DNA of 64,000 nucleotides from Eledone cirrhosa (Eukaryota), in the NCBI GenBank assembly GCA_964016885.1, contig OZ024742.1:373302001-373366000 (forward strand). The letters are read 5' to 3'. How positions within the stretch are numbered: position 1 is the stretch's first letter; every line of letters starts with the position of its first letter. Of the stretch, positions 28,201 through 43,100 are shown in pieces. The position numbers and the translations under genes are program-made. The notes beneath the pieces are model-generated. The model saw nothing but the letters and a program-made list of their open reading frames with translations, made no database searches and had not been told where the DNA came from.

Positions 28201-28526
28201 ACAAGCCAGAAAGCTCTGATAGTCCCACAAGCCACATACCTCTGATAGTCCCACAAGCCACATACTGCTGATAGTCCCACAAGCCACATATTGGTCTGAT
28301 AGTCCCTCAAGCCACATACCTCTGATAGTCCATCAAGCCACATACCTCTGATAGTCCCACAAGCCACATACCTCTGATAGTCCCACAAGCCACATATTAG
28401 TCTGATAGTCCCACAAGCCACATACCTCTGATAGTCCCACAAGCCACATAACTCTGATAGTCCATCAAGCCACATACCTCTGATAGTCCCACAAGCCACA
28501 TATTAGTCTGATAGTCCCACAAGCGA

Positions 28527-31500
28527 CATACCTCTGATAGTCCCACAAGCCACATACCTCTGATAGTCCCACATGTCACATACCTACGATAGTCCCACAA
28601 GCCACATATTAGTCTGATAGTCTTACAAGCCACATACCTCTGATAGTCCCACAAGTCATATACCTCTGATATTCCCACAAGCCACATATTAGTCTGATAG
28701 TCCCACAAGCCACATATTAGTCTGATAGTCCCACAAACCACATAGTTCTGATAGTCCCACAAGCCACATATAAGTATCATAGTCCCACAAGCCACATACT
28801 GCTGATAGTCCCACAAGCCACATATTGGTCTGATAGTCCCACAAGTCACATACCTCTGATAGTCCCATAAGCCACATATTAATCTGATAGTCCCACAAGC
28901 CACATACATCTGATAGTCCCACAAGCCACATACCTCTGATAGTCCCACAAACCACATATTAGTCTGATAGTTCCACAAGCCACATACCTCTGATAGTCCC
29001 ACAAGCCAGATAATTGTCTGATAGTCCCACAGGTCACATATCTCTGATAGTCCCACAAGTCACATACCTCCGATAGTCCCACAAGCCACATATTAGTCTG
29101 ATAGTCTTACAAGCCACATACCTCTGATAGTCCCACAAGCCACATACCTCTAATAGTCCCACAAGTCACATACCTCTGATAGTCCCACAAGTCACATACC
29201 TCTGATAGTCCCACAAGCCACATATTAGTCTGATAGTCCCACAAGCCACATAGTTCTGATAGTCCCACAAGCCACATACTTCTGATAGTCCAACAAGCCA
29301 CATACTGCTGATAGTCACACAAGCCACATATTGGTCTGATAGTCCCACAAGTCACATACCTCTGATAGTCCCATAAGCCACATATTAGTCTGATAGTCCC
29401 ACAAGCCACATACATCTGATAGTCCCACAAGCCACATACCTCTGATAGTCCCACAAGCCACATACCTCTGATAGTCCCACAAGCCACATACCTCTGATAG
29501 TCCCACAAGCCACATACCTCTGATAGTCTCACAAGCCACATACCTCTGATAGTCCCACTAGCCACATACCTCTGATAGTCCCACAAGCTACATACCTCTA
29601 ATAGTCCCACAAGCCACATACCTCTCATAGTCCAACACACCACATATTAGTTTGATAGTCCCACAAGCCACATACCTCTGATAGTCCCACAAACCACATA
29701 CCTCTGATAGTCCCACAAGCCGCATATTAGTCTGATAGTCCCACAGGTCACATATCTCTGATAGTCCCACAAGCCACATACCTCTGATAGTCCCACAAGC
29801 CACATACCTCTGATAGTCCCACAAGCCACATACCTCTGATAGTCCCACAAGCCACATATTAGTCTGATAGTTCCACAGGCCACATACCTCTGATAGTCCC
29901 ACAAGCCACATATTAGTCTGATAGTCCCACAAGCCAGAAAGCTCTGATAGTCCCACAAGCCACATACCTCTGATAGTCCCACAAGCCACATACTGCTGAT
30001 AGTCCCACAAGCCACATATTGGTCTGATAGTCCCTCAAGTCACATACCTCTGATAGTCCCACAAGCCACATACCTCTGATAGTCCATCAAGCCACATACC
30101 TCTGATAGTCCCACAAGCCACATACCTCTGATAGTCCCACAAGCAGCCACATATTAGTCTGATAGTCCCACAAGCCACATACCTCTGATAGTCCCACAAG
30201 CCACATATTAGTGTGATAGTCCCACAAGCCACATACCTACGATAGTCCCACAAGCCACATATTAGTCTGATAGTCTTACAAGCCACATACCTCTGATAGT
30301 CCCACAAGTCACATACCTCTGATAGTCCCACAAGCCACATATTAGTCTGATAGTCCCACAAGCCACATATTAGTCTGATAGTCCCACAAACCACATAGTT
30401 CTGATAGTCCCACAAGCCACATATAAGTATCATAGTCCCACAAGCCACATACTGCTGATAGTCCCACAAGCCACATATTGGTCTGATAGTCCCACAAGTC
30501 ACATACCTCTGATAGTCCCATAAGCCACATATTAATCTGATAGTCCCACAAGCCACATACATCTGATAGTCCCACAAGCCACATACCTCTGATAGTCCCA
30601 CAAACCACATATTAGTCTGATAGTTCCACAAGCCACATACCTCTGATAGTCCCACAAGCCAGATAATTGTCTGATAGTCCCACAGGTCACATATCTCTGA
30701 TAGTCCCACAAGCCACATACCTCTGATAGTCCCACAAGCCACATACCTCTGATAGTCCCACAAGCCACATACCTCTGATAGTCTCACAAGCCCCATACCT
30801 CTGATAGTCCCACTAGCCACATACCTCTGACAGTCCCACAAGCTACATACCTCTCATAGTCCCACAAGCCACATACCTCTCATAGTCCAACACGCCACAT
30901 ATTAGTTTGATAGTCCCACAAGCCACATACCTCTGATAGTCCCACAAACCACATACCTCTGATAGTCCCACAAGCCACATATTAGTCTGATAGTCCCACA
31001 GGTCACATACTTCTGATAGTCCCACAAACCACATATCTCTGATAGTCCCACAAGCCACATATTAGTCTGATAGTCCATCAAGCCACATACCTCTGATAGT
31101 CCCACAAGCCACATACCTCTGATAGTCCCACAAGTCACATACCTCTGATAGTCCCACAAGTCACATACCTCTGATAGTCCCACAAGCCACATACCTCTGA
31201 TAGTACCACAAGCCACATATTAGTCTGATAGTCCCACAAGTCACATACCTCTGATAGTCCCACAAGCCACATATTAGTCTGATAGTCCCACAAATCACAT
31301 ACCTTTGATAGTCCCACAAGCCACATATTAATCTGATAGTCCCACAAGCCACATACCTCTGATAGTCCCACAAGCCACATACCTCTGATAGTCCCACATG
31401 TCACATACCTACGATAGTCCCACAAGCCACATATTAGTCTGATAGTCTTACAAGCCACATACCTCTGATAGTCCCACAAGTCATATACCTCTGATATTCC

Positions 31501-34203
31501 CACAAGCCACATATTAGTCTGATAGTCCCACAAGCCACATATTAGTCTGATAGTCCCACAAACCACATAGTTCTGATAGTCCCACAAGCCACATATAAGT
31601 ATCATAGTCCCACAAGCCACATACTGCTGATAGTCCCACAAGCCACATATTGGTCTGATAGTCCCACAAGTCACATACCTCTGATAGTCCCATAAGCCAC
31701 ATATTAATCTGATAGTCCCACAAGCCACATACATCTGATAGTCCCACAAGCCACATACCTCTGATAGTCCCACAAACCACATATTAGTCTGATAGTTCCA
31801 CAAGCCACATACCTCTGATAGTCCCACAAGCCAGATAATTGTCTGATAGTCCCACAGGTCACATATCTCTGATAGTCCCACAAGTCACATACCTCCGATA
31901 GTCCCACAAGCCACATATTAGTCTGATAGTCTTACAAGCCACATACCTCTGATAGTCCCACAAGCCACATACCTCTAATAGTCCCACAAGTCACATACCT
32001 CTGATAGTCCCACAAGTCACATACCTCTGATAGTCCCACAAGCCACATATTAGTCTGATAGTCCCACAAGCCACATAGTTCTGATAGTCCCACAAGCCAC
32101 ATACTTCTGATAGTCCCACAAGCCACATACTGCTGATAGTCACACAAGCCACATATTGGTCTGATAGTCCCACAAGTCACATACCTCTGATAGTCCCATA
32201 AGCCACATATTAGTCTGATAGTCCCACAAGCCACATACATCTGATAGTCCCACAAGCCACATACCTCTGATAGTCCCACAAGCCACATACCTCTGATAGT
32301 CCCACAAGCCACATACCTCTGATAGTCCCACAAGCCACATACCTCTGATAGTCTCACAAGCCACATACCTCTGATAGTCCCACTAGCCACATACCTCTGA
32401 TAGTCCCACAAGCTACATACCTCTAATAGTCCCACAAGCCACATACCTCTCATAGTCCAACACGCCACATATTAGTTTGATAGTCCCACAAGCCACATAC
32501 CTCTGATAGTCCCACAAACCACATACCTCTGATAGTCCCACAAGCCGCATATTAGTCTGATAGTCCCACAGGTCACATATCTCTGATAGTCCCACAAGCC
32601 ACATACCTCTGATAGTCCCACAAGCCACATACCTCTGATAGTCCCACAAGCCACATACCTCTGATAGTCCCACAAGCCACATATTAGTCTGATAGTTCCA
32701 CAGGCCACATACCTCTGATAGTCCCACAAGCCACATATTAGTCTGATAGTCCCACAAGCCAGAAAGCTCTGATAGTCCCACAAGCCACATACCTCTGATA
32801 GTCCCACAAGCCACATACTGCTGATAGTCCCACAAGCCACATATTGGTCTGATAGTCCCTCAAGTCACATACCTCTGATAGTCCCACAAGCCACATACCT
32901 CTGATAGTCCATCAAGCCACATACCTCTGATAGTCCCACAAGCCACATACCTCTGATAGTCCCACAAGCCACATATTAGTCTGATAGTCCCACAAGCCAC
33001 ATACCTCTGATAGTCCCACAAGCCACATATTAGTGTGATAGTCCCACAAGCCACATACCTACGATAGTCCCACAAGCCACATATTAGTCTGATAGTCTTA
33101 CAAGCCACATACCTCTGATAGTCCCACAAGTCACATACCTCTGATAGTCCCACAAGCCACATATTAGTCTGATAGTCCCACAAGCCACATATTAGTCTGA
33201 TAGTCCCACAAACCACATAGTTCTGATAGTCCCACAAGCCACATATAAGTATCATAGTCCCACAAGCCACATACTGCTGATAGTCCCACAAGCCACATAT
33301 TGGTCTGATAGTCCCACAAGTCACATACCTCTGATAGTCCCATAAGCCACATATTAATCTGATAGTCCCACAAGCCACATACATCTGATAGTCCCACAAG
33401 CCACATACCTCTGATAGTCCCACAAACCACATATTAGTCTGATAGTTCCACAAGCCACATACCTCTGATAGTCCCACAAGCCAGATAATTGTCTGATAGT
33501 CCCACAGGTCACATATCTCTGATAGTCCCACAAGCCACATACCTCTGATAGTCCCACAAGCCACATACCTCTGATAGTCCCACAAGCCACATACCTCTGA
33601 TAGTCTCACAAGCCACATACCTCTGATAGTCCCACTAGCCACATACCTCTGACAGTCCCACAAGCTACATACCTCTCATAGTCCCACAAGCCACATACCT
33701 CTCATAGTCCAACACGCCACATATTAGTTTGATAGTCCCACAAGCCACATACCTCTGATAGTCCCACAAACCACATACCTCTGATAGTCCCACAAGCCAC
33801 ATATTAGTCTGATAGTCCCACAGGTCACATACTTCTGATAGTCCCACAAACCACATATCTCTGATAGTCCCACAAGCCACATATTAGTCTGATAGTCCAT
33901 CAAGCCACATACCTCTGATAGTCCCACAAGCCACATACCTCTGATAGTCCCACAAGTCACATACCTCTGATAGTCCCACAAGTCACATACCTCTGATAGT
34001 CCCACAAGCCACATACCTCTGATAGTACCACAAGCCACATATTAGTCTGATAGTCCCACAAGTCACATACCTCTGATAGTCCCACAAGCCACATATTAGT
34101 CTGATAGTCCCACAAATCACATACCTTTGATAGTCCCACAAGCCACATATTAATCTGATAGTCCCACAAGCCACATACCTCTGATAGTCCCACAAGCCAC
34201 ATA
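28527..34203. repeat. 2825/2822-bp tandem duplication, first instance
   Basis: ORF pairs 28689/31514, 29107/31932, 29588/32413 and 30035/32860 differ by 2825. Pairs 30342/33164 and 30843/33665 differ by 2822, downstream of the 3-bp insertion at 30142. Confidence 0.92.
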
Positions 34204-34620
34204 TTAGACTGATAGTCCCACAAGCCACATACCTCTGATAGTCCCACAAGCCACATACCTCTGATAGTCCCACAAGCCACATACCTCAGATAGTCCCACA
34301 AGCCACATATTTGTCTGATAGTCCCACAGGTCACATACCTCTGATAGTCCCACAAGCCACATACCTCTGATAGTCCCACAAGTCACATACCTCCGATAGT
34401 CCCACAAGCCACATATTAGTCTGATAGTCTTACAAGCCACATACCTCTGATAGTCCCACAAGCCACATACCTCTAGTAGTCCCACAAGCCACATACCTCT
34501 AGTAGTCCCACAAGTCACATACCTCTGATAGTCCCACAAGTCACATACCTCTGATAGTCCCACAAGCCACATATTAGTTTGATAGTCCCACAAGTCACAT
34601 ACCTCTGATAGTCCCACAAG

Positions 34621-37600
34621 CCACATATTAGTCTGATAGTCCCACAAGTCACATACCTTTGATAGTCCCACAAGCCACATATTAATCTGATAGTCCCACA
34701 AGCCACATACCTCTGATAGTCCCACAAGCCACATATTAGTCTGATAGTCCCACAAGCCACATACCTCTGATAGTCCCACAAGCCACATACCTCTGATAGT
34801 CCCACAAGCCACATACCTCTGATAGTCCCACAAGCCACATACCTCTGATAGTCCCACAAGTCACATACCTCTGATAGTCCTACAAGCCACATATTAATCT
34901 GATAGTCCCACAAGCCACATACTTCTGATAGTCCCACAAGCCACATACCTCTGATAGTCCCACAAGTCACATACCTCTGATAGTCCTACAAGCCACATAT
35001 TAATCTGATAGTCCCACAAGCCACATACCTCTGATAGTCCCACAAGCCACATACCTCTGATAGTCCCACACGCAACATATTAGTCTGATAGTCCCACAAG
35101 CCACATACTTCTGATAGTCCCACAAGCCACATACCTCTGATAGTCTCACAAGCCACATATTAGTCTGATAGTCCCACAAGCCACATATTTCTGATAGTCC
35201 CACAAGTTATATACCTCTGATAGTCCCACAAGTCACATACCTCTTATAGTCCCAGAAACCACATACTTCTGATAGTCCCATAAGCCACATATTAATCTGA
35301 TAGTCCCACAAGCCACATACCTCTGATAGTCCCACAAGCCACATACCTCTGATAGTCACACAAGCCACATATTAGTCTGATAGTCCCACAAGTGACATAC
35401 CTCTGATAGTCCCACAAACCACATATTAGTCTGATAGTTCCACAAGCCACATACCTCTGATAGTCCCACAAGCCACATACCTCTGATAGTCCCACAAGCC
35501 ACATATTAGTCTGATAGTCCCACAAGCCACATACCTCTGATAGTCCCACAAGCCACATACCTCTGATAGTCCCACAAGCCACATACCTCTGATAGTCCCA
35601 CAAGCCACATACCTCTGATAGTCCCACAAGCCACATATTAGTCTGATAGTCCCACAAGTGACATACCTCTGATAGTCCCACAAACCACATATTAGTCTGA
35701 TAGTTCCACAAGCCACATACCTCTGATAGTCCCACAAGCCACATATTAGTCTGATAGTCCCACAGGTCACATATCTCTGATAGTCCCACAAGCCACATAC
35801 CTCTGATAGTCCCACAAGCCACATACCTCTGATAGTCCCACAAGCCACATACCTCTGATAGTCCCACAAGCCACATATTAGTCTGATAGTTCCACAGGCC
35901 ACATACCTCTGATGGTCCCACAAGCCACATATTAGTCTGATAGTCCCACAAGCCAGAAAGCTCTGATAGTCCCACAAGCCACATACCTCTGATAGTCCCA
36001 CAAGCCACATACTGCTGATAGTCCCACAAGCCACATATTGGTCTGATAGTCCCTCAAGTCACATACCTCTGATAGTCCCACAAGCCACATACCTCTGATA
36101 GTCCATCAAGCCACATACCTCTGATAGTCCCACAAGCCACATACCTCTGATAGTCCCACAAACCACATATTAGTCTGATAGTCCCACAAGTCACATACCT
36201 TTGATAGTCCCACAAGCCACATATTAATCTGATAGTCCCACAAGCCACATACCTCTGATAGTCCCACAAGCCACATATTAGTCTGATAGTCCCACAAGCC
36301 ACATACCTCTGATAGTCCCACAAGCCACATACCTCTGATAGTCCCACAAGCCACATACCTCTGATAGTCCCACAAGCCACATACCTCTGATAGTCCCACA
36401 AGTCACATACCTCTGATAGTCCTACAAGCCACATATTAATCTGATAGTCCCACAAGCCACATACTTCTGATAGTCCCACAAGCCACATACCTCTGATAGT
36501 CCCACAAGTCACATACCTCTGATAGTCCTACAAGCCACATATTAATCTGATAGTCCCACAAGCCACATACCTCTGATAGTCCCACAAGCCACATACCTCT
36601 GATAGTCCCACACGCAACATATTAGTCTGATAGTCCCACAAGCCACATACTTCTGATAGTCCCACAAGCCACATACCTCTGATAGTCTCACAAGCCACAT
36701 ATTAGTCTGATAGTCCCACAAGCCACATATTTCTGATAGTCCCACAAGTTATATACCTCTGATAGTCCCACAAGTCACATACCTCTTATAGTCCCAGAAA
36801 CCACATACTTCTGATAGTCCCATAAGCCACATATTAATCTGATAGTCCCACAAGCCACATACCTCTGATAGTCCCACAAGCCACATACCTCTGATAGTCA
36901 CACAAGCCACATATTAGTCTGATAGTCCCACAAGTGACATACCTCTGATAGTCCCACAAACCACATATTAGTCTGATAGTTCCACAAGCCACATACCTCT
37001 GATAGTCCCACAAGCCACATACCTCTGATAGTCCCACAAGCCACATATTAGTCTGATAGTCCCACAAGCCACATACCTCTGATAGTCCCACAAGCCACAT
37101 ACCTCTGATAGTCCCACAAGCCACATACCTCTGATAGTCCCACAAGCCACATACCTCTGATAGTCCCACAAGCCACATATTAGTCTGATAGTCCCACAAG
37201 TGACATACCTCTGATAGTCCCACAAACCACATATTAGTCTGATAGTTCCACAAGCCACATACCTCTGATAGTCCCACAAGCCACATATTAGTCTGATAGT
37301 CCCACAGGTCACATATCTCTGATAGTCCCACAAGCCACATACCTCTGATAGTCCCACAAGCCACATACCTCTGATAGTCCCACAAGCCACATACCTCTGA
37401 TAGTCCCACAAGCCACATATTAGTCTGATAGTTCCACAGGCCACATACCTCTGATGGTCCCACAAGCCACATATTAGTCTGATAGTCCCACAAGCCAGAA
37501 AGCTCTGATAGTCCCACAAGCCACATACCTCTGATAGTCCCACAAGCCACATACTGCTGATAGTCCCACAAGCCACATATTGGTCTGATAGTCCCTCAAG

Positions 37601-37732
37601 TCACATACCTCTGATAGTCCCACAAGCCACATACCTCTGATAGTCCATCAAGCCACATACCTCTGATAGTCCCACAAGCCACATACCTCTGATAGTCCCA
37701 CAAACCACATATTAGTCTGATAGTCCCACAAG
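34621..37732. repeat. 1542-bp tandem duplication
   Basis: ORF pairs 35000/36542, 35292/36834, 35426/36968 and 36054/37596 differ by 1542. The gatggtc marker is at 35911 and 37453. Confidence 0.92.
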
Positions 37733-40109
37733 CCACATACCTCTGATAGTCCCACAAGCCACATATTAGTGTGATAGTCCCACAAGCCACATACCTACGA
37801 TAGTCCCACAAGCCACATATTAGTCTGATAGTCTTACAAGCCACATACCTCTGATAGTCCCACAAGTCACATACCTCTGATAGTCCCACAAGCCACATAT
37901 TAGTCTGATAGTCCCACAAGCCACATATTAGTCTGATAGTCCCACAAACCACATAGTTCTGATAGTCCCACAAGCCACATATAAGTATCATAGTCCCACA
38001 AGCCACATACTGCTGATAGTCCCACAAGCCACATATTGGTCTGATAGTCCCACAAGTCACATTCCTCTGATAGTCCCATAAGCCACATATTAATCTGATA
38101 GTCCCACAAGCCACATACATCTGATAGTCCCACAAGCCACATACCTCTGATAGTCCCACAAACCACATATTAGTCTGATAGTTCCACAAGCCACATACCT
38201 CTGATAGTCCCACAAGCCAGATAATTGTCTGATAGTCCCACAGGTCACATATCTCTGATAGTCCCACAAGCCACATACCTCTGATAGTCCCACAAGCCAC
38301 ATACCTCTGATAGTCCCACAAGCCACATACCTCTGATAGTCTCACAAGCCACATACCTCTGATATTCCCACTAGCCACATACCTCTGACAGTCCCACAAG
38401 CTACATACCTCTCATAGTCCCACAAGCCACATACCTCTCATAGTCCAACACGCCACATATTAGTTTGATAGTCCCACAAGCCACATACCTCTGATAGTCC
38501 CACAAACCACATACCTCTGATAGTCCCACAAGCCACATATTAGTCTGATAGTCCCACAGGTCACATACTTCTGATAGTCCCACAAACCACATATCTCTGA
38601 TAGTCCCACAAGCCACATATTAGTCTGATAGTCCATCAAGCCACATACCTCTGATAGTCCCACAAGCCACATACCTCTGATAGTCCCACAAGTCACATAC
38701 CTCTGATAGTCCCACAAGTCACATACCTCTGATAGTCCCACAAGCCACATACCTCTGATAGTACCACAAGCCACATACCTCTGATTGTCCCACAAGCCAC
38801 ATACCTCTGATAGTCCCACAAGGCACATACCTCTGATAGTCCCACAAGCCACATATTAGTCTGATAGTCCCACAAGCCACATACCTCTGATAGTCCCACA
38901 AGCCACATATTAGTCTGATAGTCCCACAAGTCACATACCTCTGATTGTCCCACAAGCCACATATTAGTCTGATAGTCCCACCAGTCACATACCTCTGATA
39001 GTCTTACAAGCCACATATTAGTATGATAGTCCCACAAGCCACATGCCTCTGATAGTCCCACAAGCCACATATTAGTCTGATAGTCCCACAAGTCACATAC
39101 CTCTGATAGTCCCACAAGCCACATATTAGTCTGATACTCCCACAAATCACATACCTTTGATAGTCCCACAAGCCACATATTAATCTGATAGTCCCACAAG
39201 CCACATATTAGACTGATAGTCCCACAAGCCACATACCTCTGATAGTCCCACAAGCCACATACCTCTGATAGTCCCACAAGCCACATACCTCTGATAGTCC
39301 CACAAGCCACATACCTCTGATAGTCCCACAAGTCACATACCTTTGGTAGTCCTACAAGCAACATATTAATCTGATAGTCCCACAAACCACATACCTCTGA
39401 TAGTCCCACACGCAACATATTAGTCTGATAGTCCCACAAGCCACATACTTCTGATAGTCCCACAAGCCACATATTAGTCTGATAGTCCCACAAGTGACAT
39501 ACCTCTGATAGTCCCACAAACCACATATTAGTCTGATAGTTCCACAAGCCACATACCTCTGATAGTCCCACAAGCCACATATTAGTCTGATAGTCCCACA
39601 GGTCACATATCTCTGATAGTCCCACAAGCCACATACCTCTGATAGTCCCACAAGCCACATACCTCTGATAGTCCCACAAGCCACATACCTCTGATAGTCC
39701 CACAAGCCACATATTAGTCTGATAGTTCCACAGGCCACATACCTCTGATAGTCCCACAAGCCACATATTAGTCTGATAGTCCCACAAGCCAGAAAGCTCT
39801 GATAGTCCCACAAGCCACATACCTCTGATAGTCCCACAAGCCACATACTGCTGATAGTCCCACAAGCCACATATTGGTCTGATAGTCCCTCAAGCCACAT
39901 ACCTCTGATAGTCCATCAAGCCACATACCTCTGATAGTCCCACAAGCCACATACCTCTGATAGTCCCACAAGCCACATATTAGTCTGATAGTCCCACAAG
40001 CCACATACCTCTGATAGTCCCACAAGCCACATAACTCTGATAGTCCATCAAGCCACATACCTCTGATAGTCCCACAAGCCACATATTAGTCTGATAGTCC
40101 CACAAGCGA

Positions 40110-43100
40110 CATACCTCTGATAGTCCCACAAGCCACATACCTCTGATAGTCCCACATGTCACATACCTACGATAGTCCCACAAGCCACATATTAGTCTGA
40201 TAGTCTTACAAGCCACATACCTCTGATAGTCCCACAAGTCATATACCTCTGATATTCCCACAAGCCACATATTAGTCTGATAGTCCCACAAGCCACATAT
40301 TAGTCTGATAGTCCCACAAACCACATAGTTCTGATAGTCCCACAAGCCACATATAAGTATCATAGTCCCACAAGCCACATACTGCTGATAGTCCCACAAG
40401 CCACATATTGGTCTGATAGTCCCACAAGTCACATACCTCTGATAGTCCCATAAGCCACATATTAATCTGATAGTCCCACAAGCCACATACATCTGATAGT
40501 CCCACAAGCCACATACCTCTGATAGTCCCACAAACCACATATTAGTCTGATAGTTCCACAAGCCACATACCTCTGATAGTCCCACAAGCCAGATAATTGT
40601 CTGATAGTCCCACAGGTCACATATCTCTGATAGTCCCACAAGTCACATACCTCCGATAGTCCCACAAGCCACATATTAGTCTGATAGTCTTACAAGCCAC
40701 ATACCTCTGATAGTCCCACAAGCCACATACCTCTAATAGTCCCACAAGTCACATACCTCTGATAGTCCCACAAGTCACATACCTCTGATAGTCCCACAAG
40801 CCACATATTAGTCTGATAGTCCCACAAGCCACATAGTTCTGATAGTCCCACAAGCCACATACTTCTGATAGTCCCACAAGCCACATACTGCTGATAGTCA
40901 CACAAGCCACATATTGGTCTGATAGTCCCACAAGTCACATACCTCTGATAGTCCCATAAGCCACATATTAGCCTGATAGTCCCACAAGCCACATACATCT
41001 GATAGTCCCACAAGCCACATACCTCTGATAGTCCCACAAGCCACATACCTCTGATAGTCCCACAAGCCACATACCTCTGATAGTCCCACAAGCCACATAC
41101 CTCTGATAGTCTCACAAGCCACATACCTCTGATAGTCCCACTAGCCACATACCTCTGATAGTCCCACAAGCTACATACCTCTAATAGTCCCACAAGCCAC
41201 ATACCTCTCATAGTCCAACACACCACATATTAGTTTGATAGTCCCACAAGCCACATACCTCTGATAGTCCCACAAACCACATACCTCTGATAGTCCCACA
41301 AGCCGCATATTAGTCTGATAGTCCCACAGGTCACATATCTCTGATAGTCCCACAAGCCACATACCTCTGATAGTCCCACAAGCCACATACCTCTGATAGT
41401 CCCACAAGCCACATACCTCTGATAGTCCCACAAGCCACATATTAGTCTGATAGTTCCACAGGCCACATACCTCTGATAGTCCCACAAGCCACATATTAGT
41501 CTGATAGTCCCACAAGCCAGAAAGCTCTGATAGTCCCACAAGCCACATACCTCTGATAGTCCCACAAGCCACATACTGCTGATAGTCCCACAAGCCACAT
41601 ATTGGTCTGATAGTCCCTCAAGTCACATACCTCTGATAGTCCCACAAGCCACATACCTCTGATAGTCCATCAAGCCACATACCTCTGATAGTCCCACAAG
41701 CCACATACCTCTGATAGTCCCACAAGCAGCCACATATTAGTCTGATAGTCCCACAAGCCACATACCTCTGATAGTCCCACAAGCCACATATTAGTGTGAT
41801 AGTCCCACAAGCCACATACCTACGATAGTCCCACAAGCCACATATTAGTCTGATAGTCTTACAAGCCACATACCTCTGATAGTCCCACAAGTCACATACC
41901 TCTGATAGTCCCACAAGCCACATATTAGTCTGATAGTCCCACAAGCCACATATTAGTCTGATAGTCCCACAAACCACATAGTTCTGATAGTCCCACAAGC
42001 CACATATAAGTATCATAGTCCCACAAGCCACATACTGCTGATAGTCCCACAAGCCACATATTGGTCTGATAGTCCCACAAGTCACATACCTCTGATAGTC
42101 CCATAAGCCACATATTAATCTGATAGTCCCACAAGCCACATACATCTGATAGTCCCACAAGCCACATACCTCTGATAGTCCCACAAACCACATATTAGTC
42201 TGATAGTTCCACAAGCCACATACCTCTGATAGTCCCACAAGCCAGATAATTGTCTGATAGTCCCACAGGTCACATATCTCTGATAGTCCCACAAGCCACA
42301 TACCTCTGATAGTCCCACAAGCCACATACCTCTGATAGTCCCACAAGCCACATACCTCTGATAGTCTCACAAGCCACATACCTCTGATAGTCCCACTAGC
42401 CACATACCTCTGACAGTCCCACAAGCTACATACCTCTCATAGTCCCACAAGCCACATACCTCTCATAGTCCAACACGCCACATATTAGTTTGATAGTCCC
42501 ACAAGCCACATACCTCTGATAGTCCCACAAACCACATACCTCTGATAGTCCCACAAGCCACATATTAGTCTGATAGTCCCACAGGTCACATACTTCTGAT
42601 AGTCCCACAAACCACATATCTCTGATAGTCCCACAAGCCACATATTAGTCTGATAGTCCATCAAGCCACATACCTCTGATAGTCCCACAAGCCACATACC
42701 TCTGATAGTCCCACAAGTCACATACCTCTGATAGTCCCACAAGTCACATACCTCTGATAGTCCCACAAGCCACATACCTCTGATAGTACCACAAGCCACA
42801 TATTAGTCTGATAGTCCCACAAGTCACATACCTCTGATAGTCCCACAAGCCACATATTAGTCTGATAGTCCCACAAATCACATACCTTTGATAGTCCCAC
42901 AAGCCACATATTAATCTGATAGTCCCACAAGCCACATACCTCTGATAGTCCCACAAGCCACATACCTCTGATAGTCCCACATGTCACATACCTACGATAG
43001 TCCCACAAGCCACATATTAGTCTGATAGTCTTACAAGCCACATACCTCTGATAGTCCCACAAGTCATATACCTCTGATATTCCCACAAGCCACATATTAG

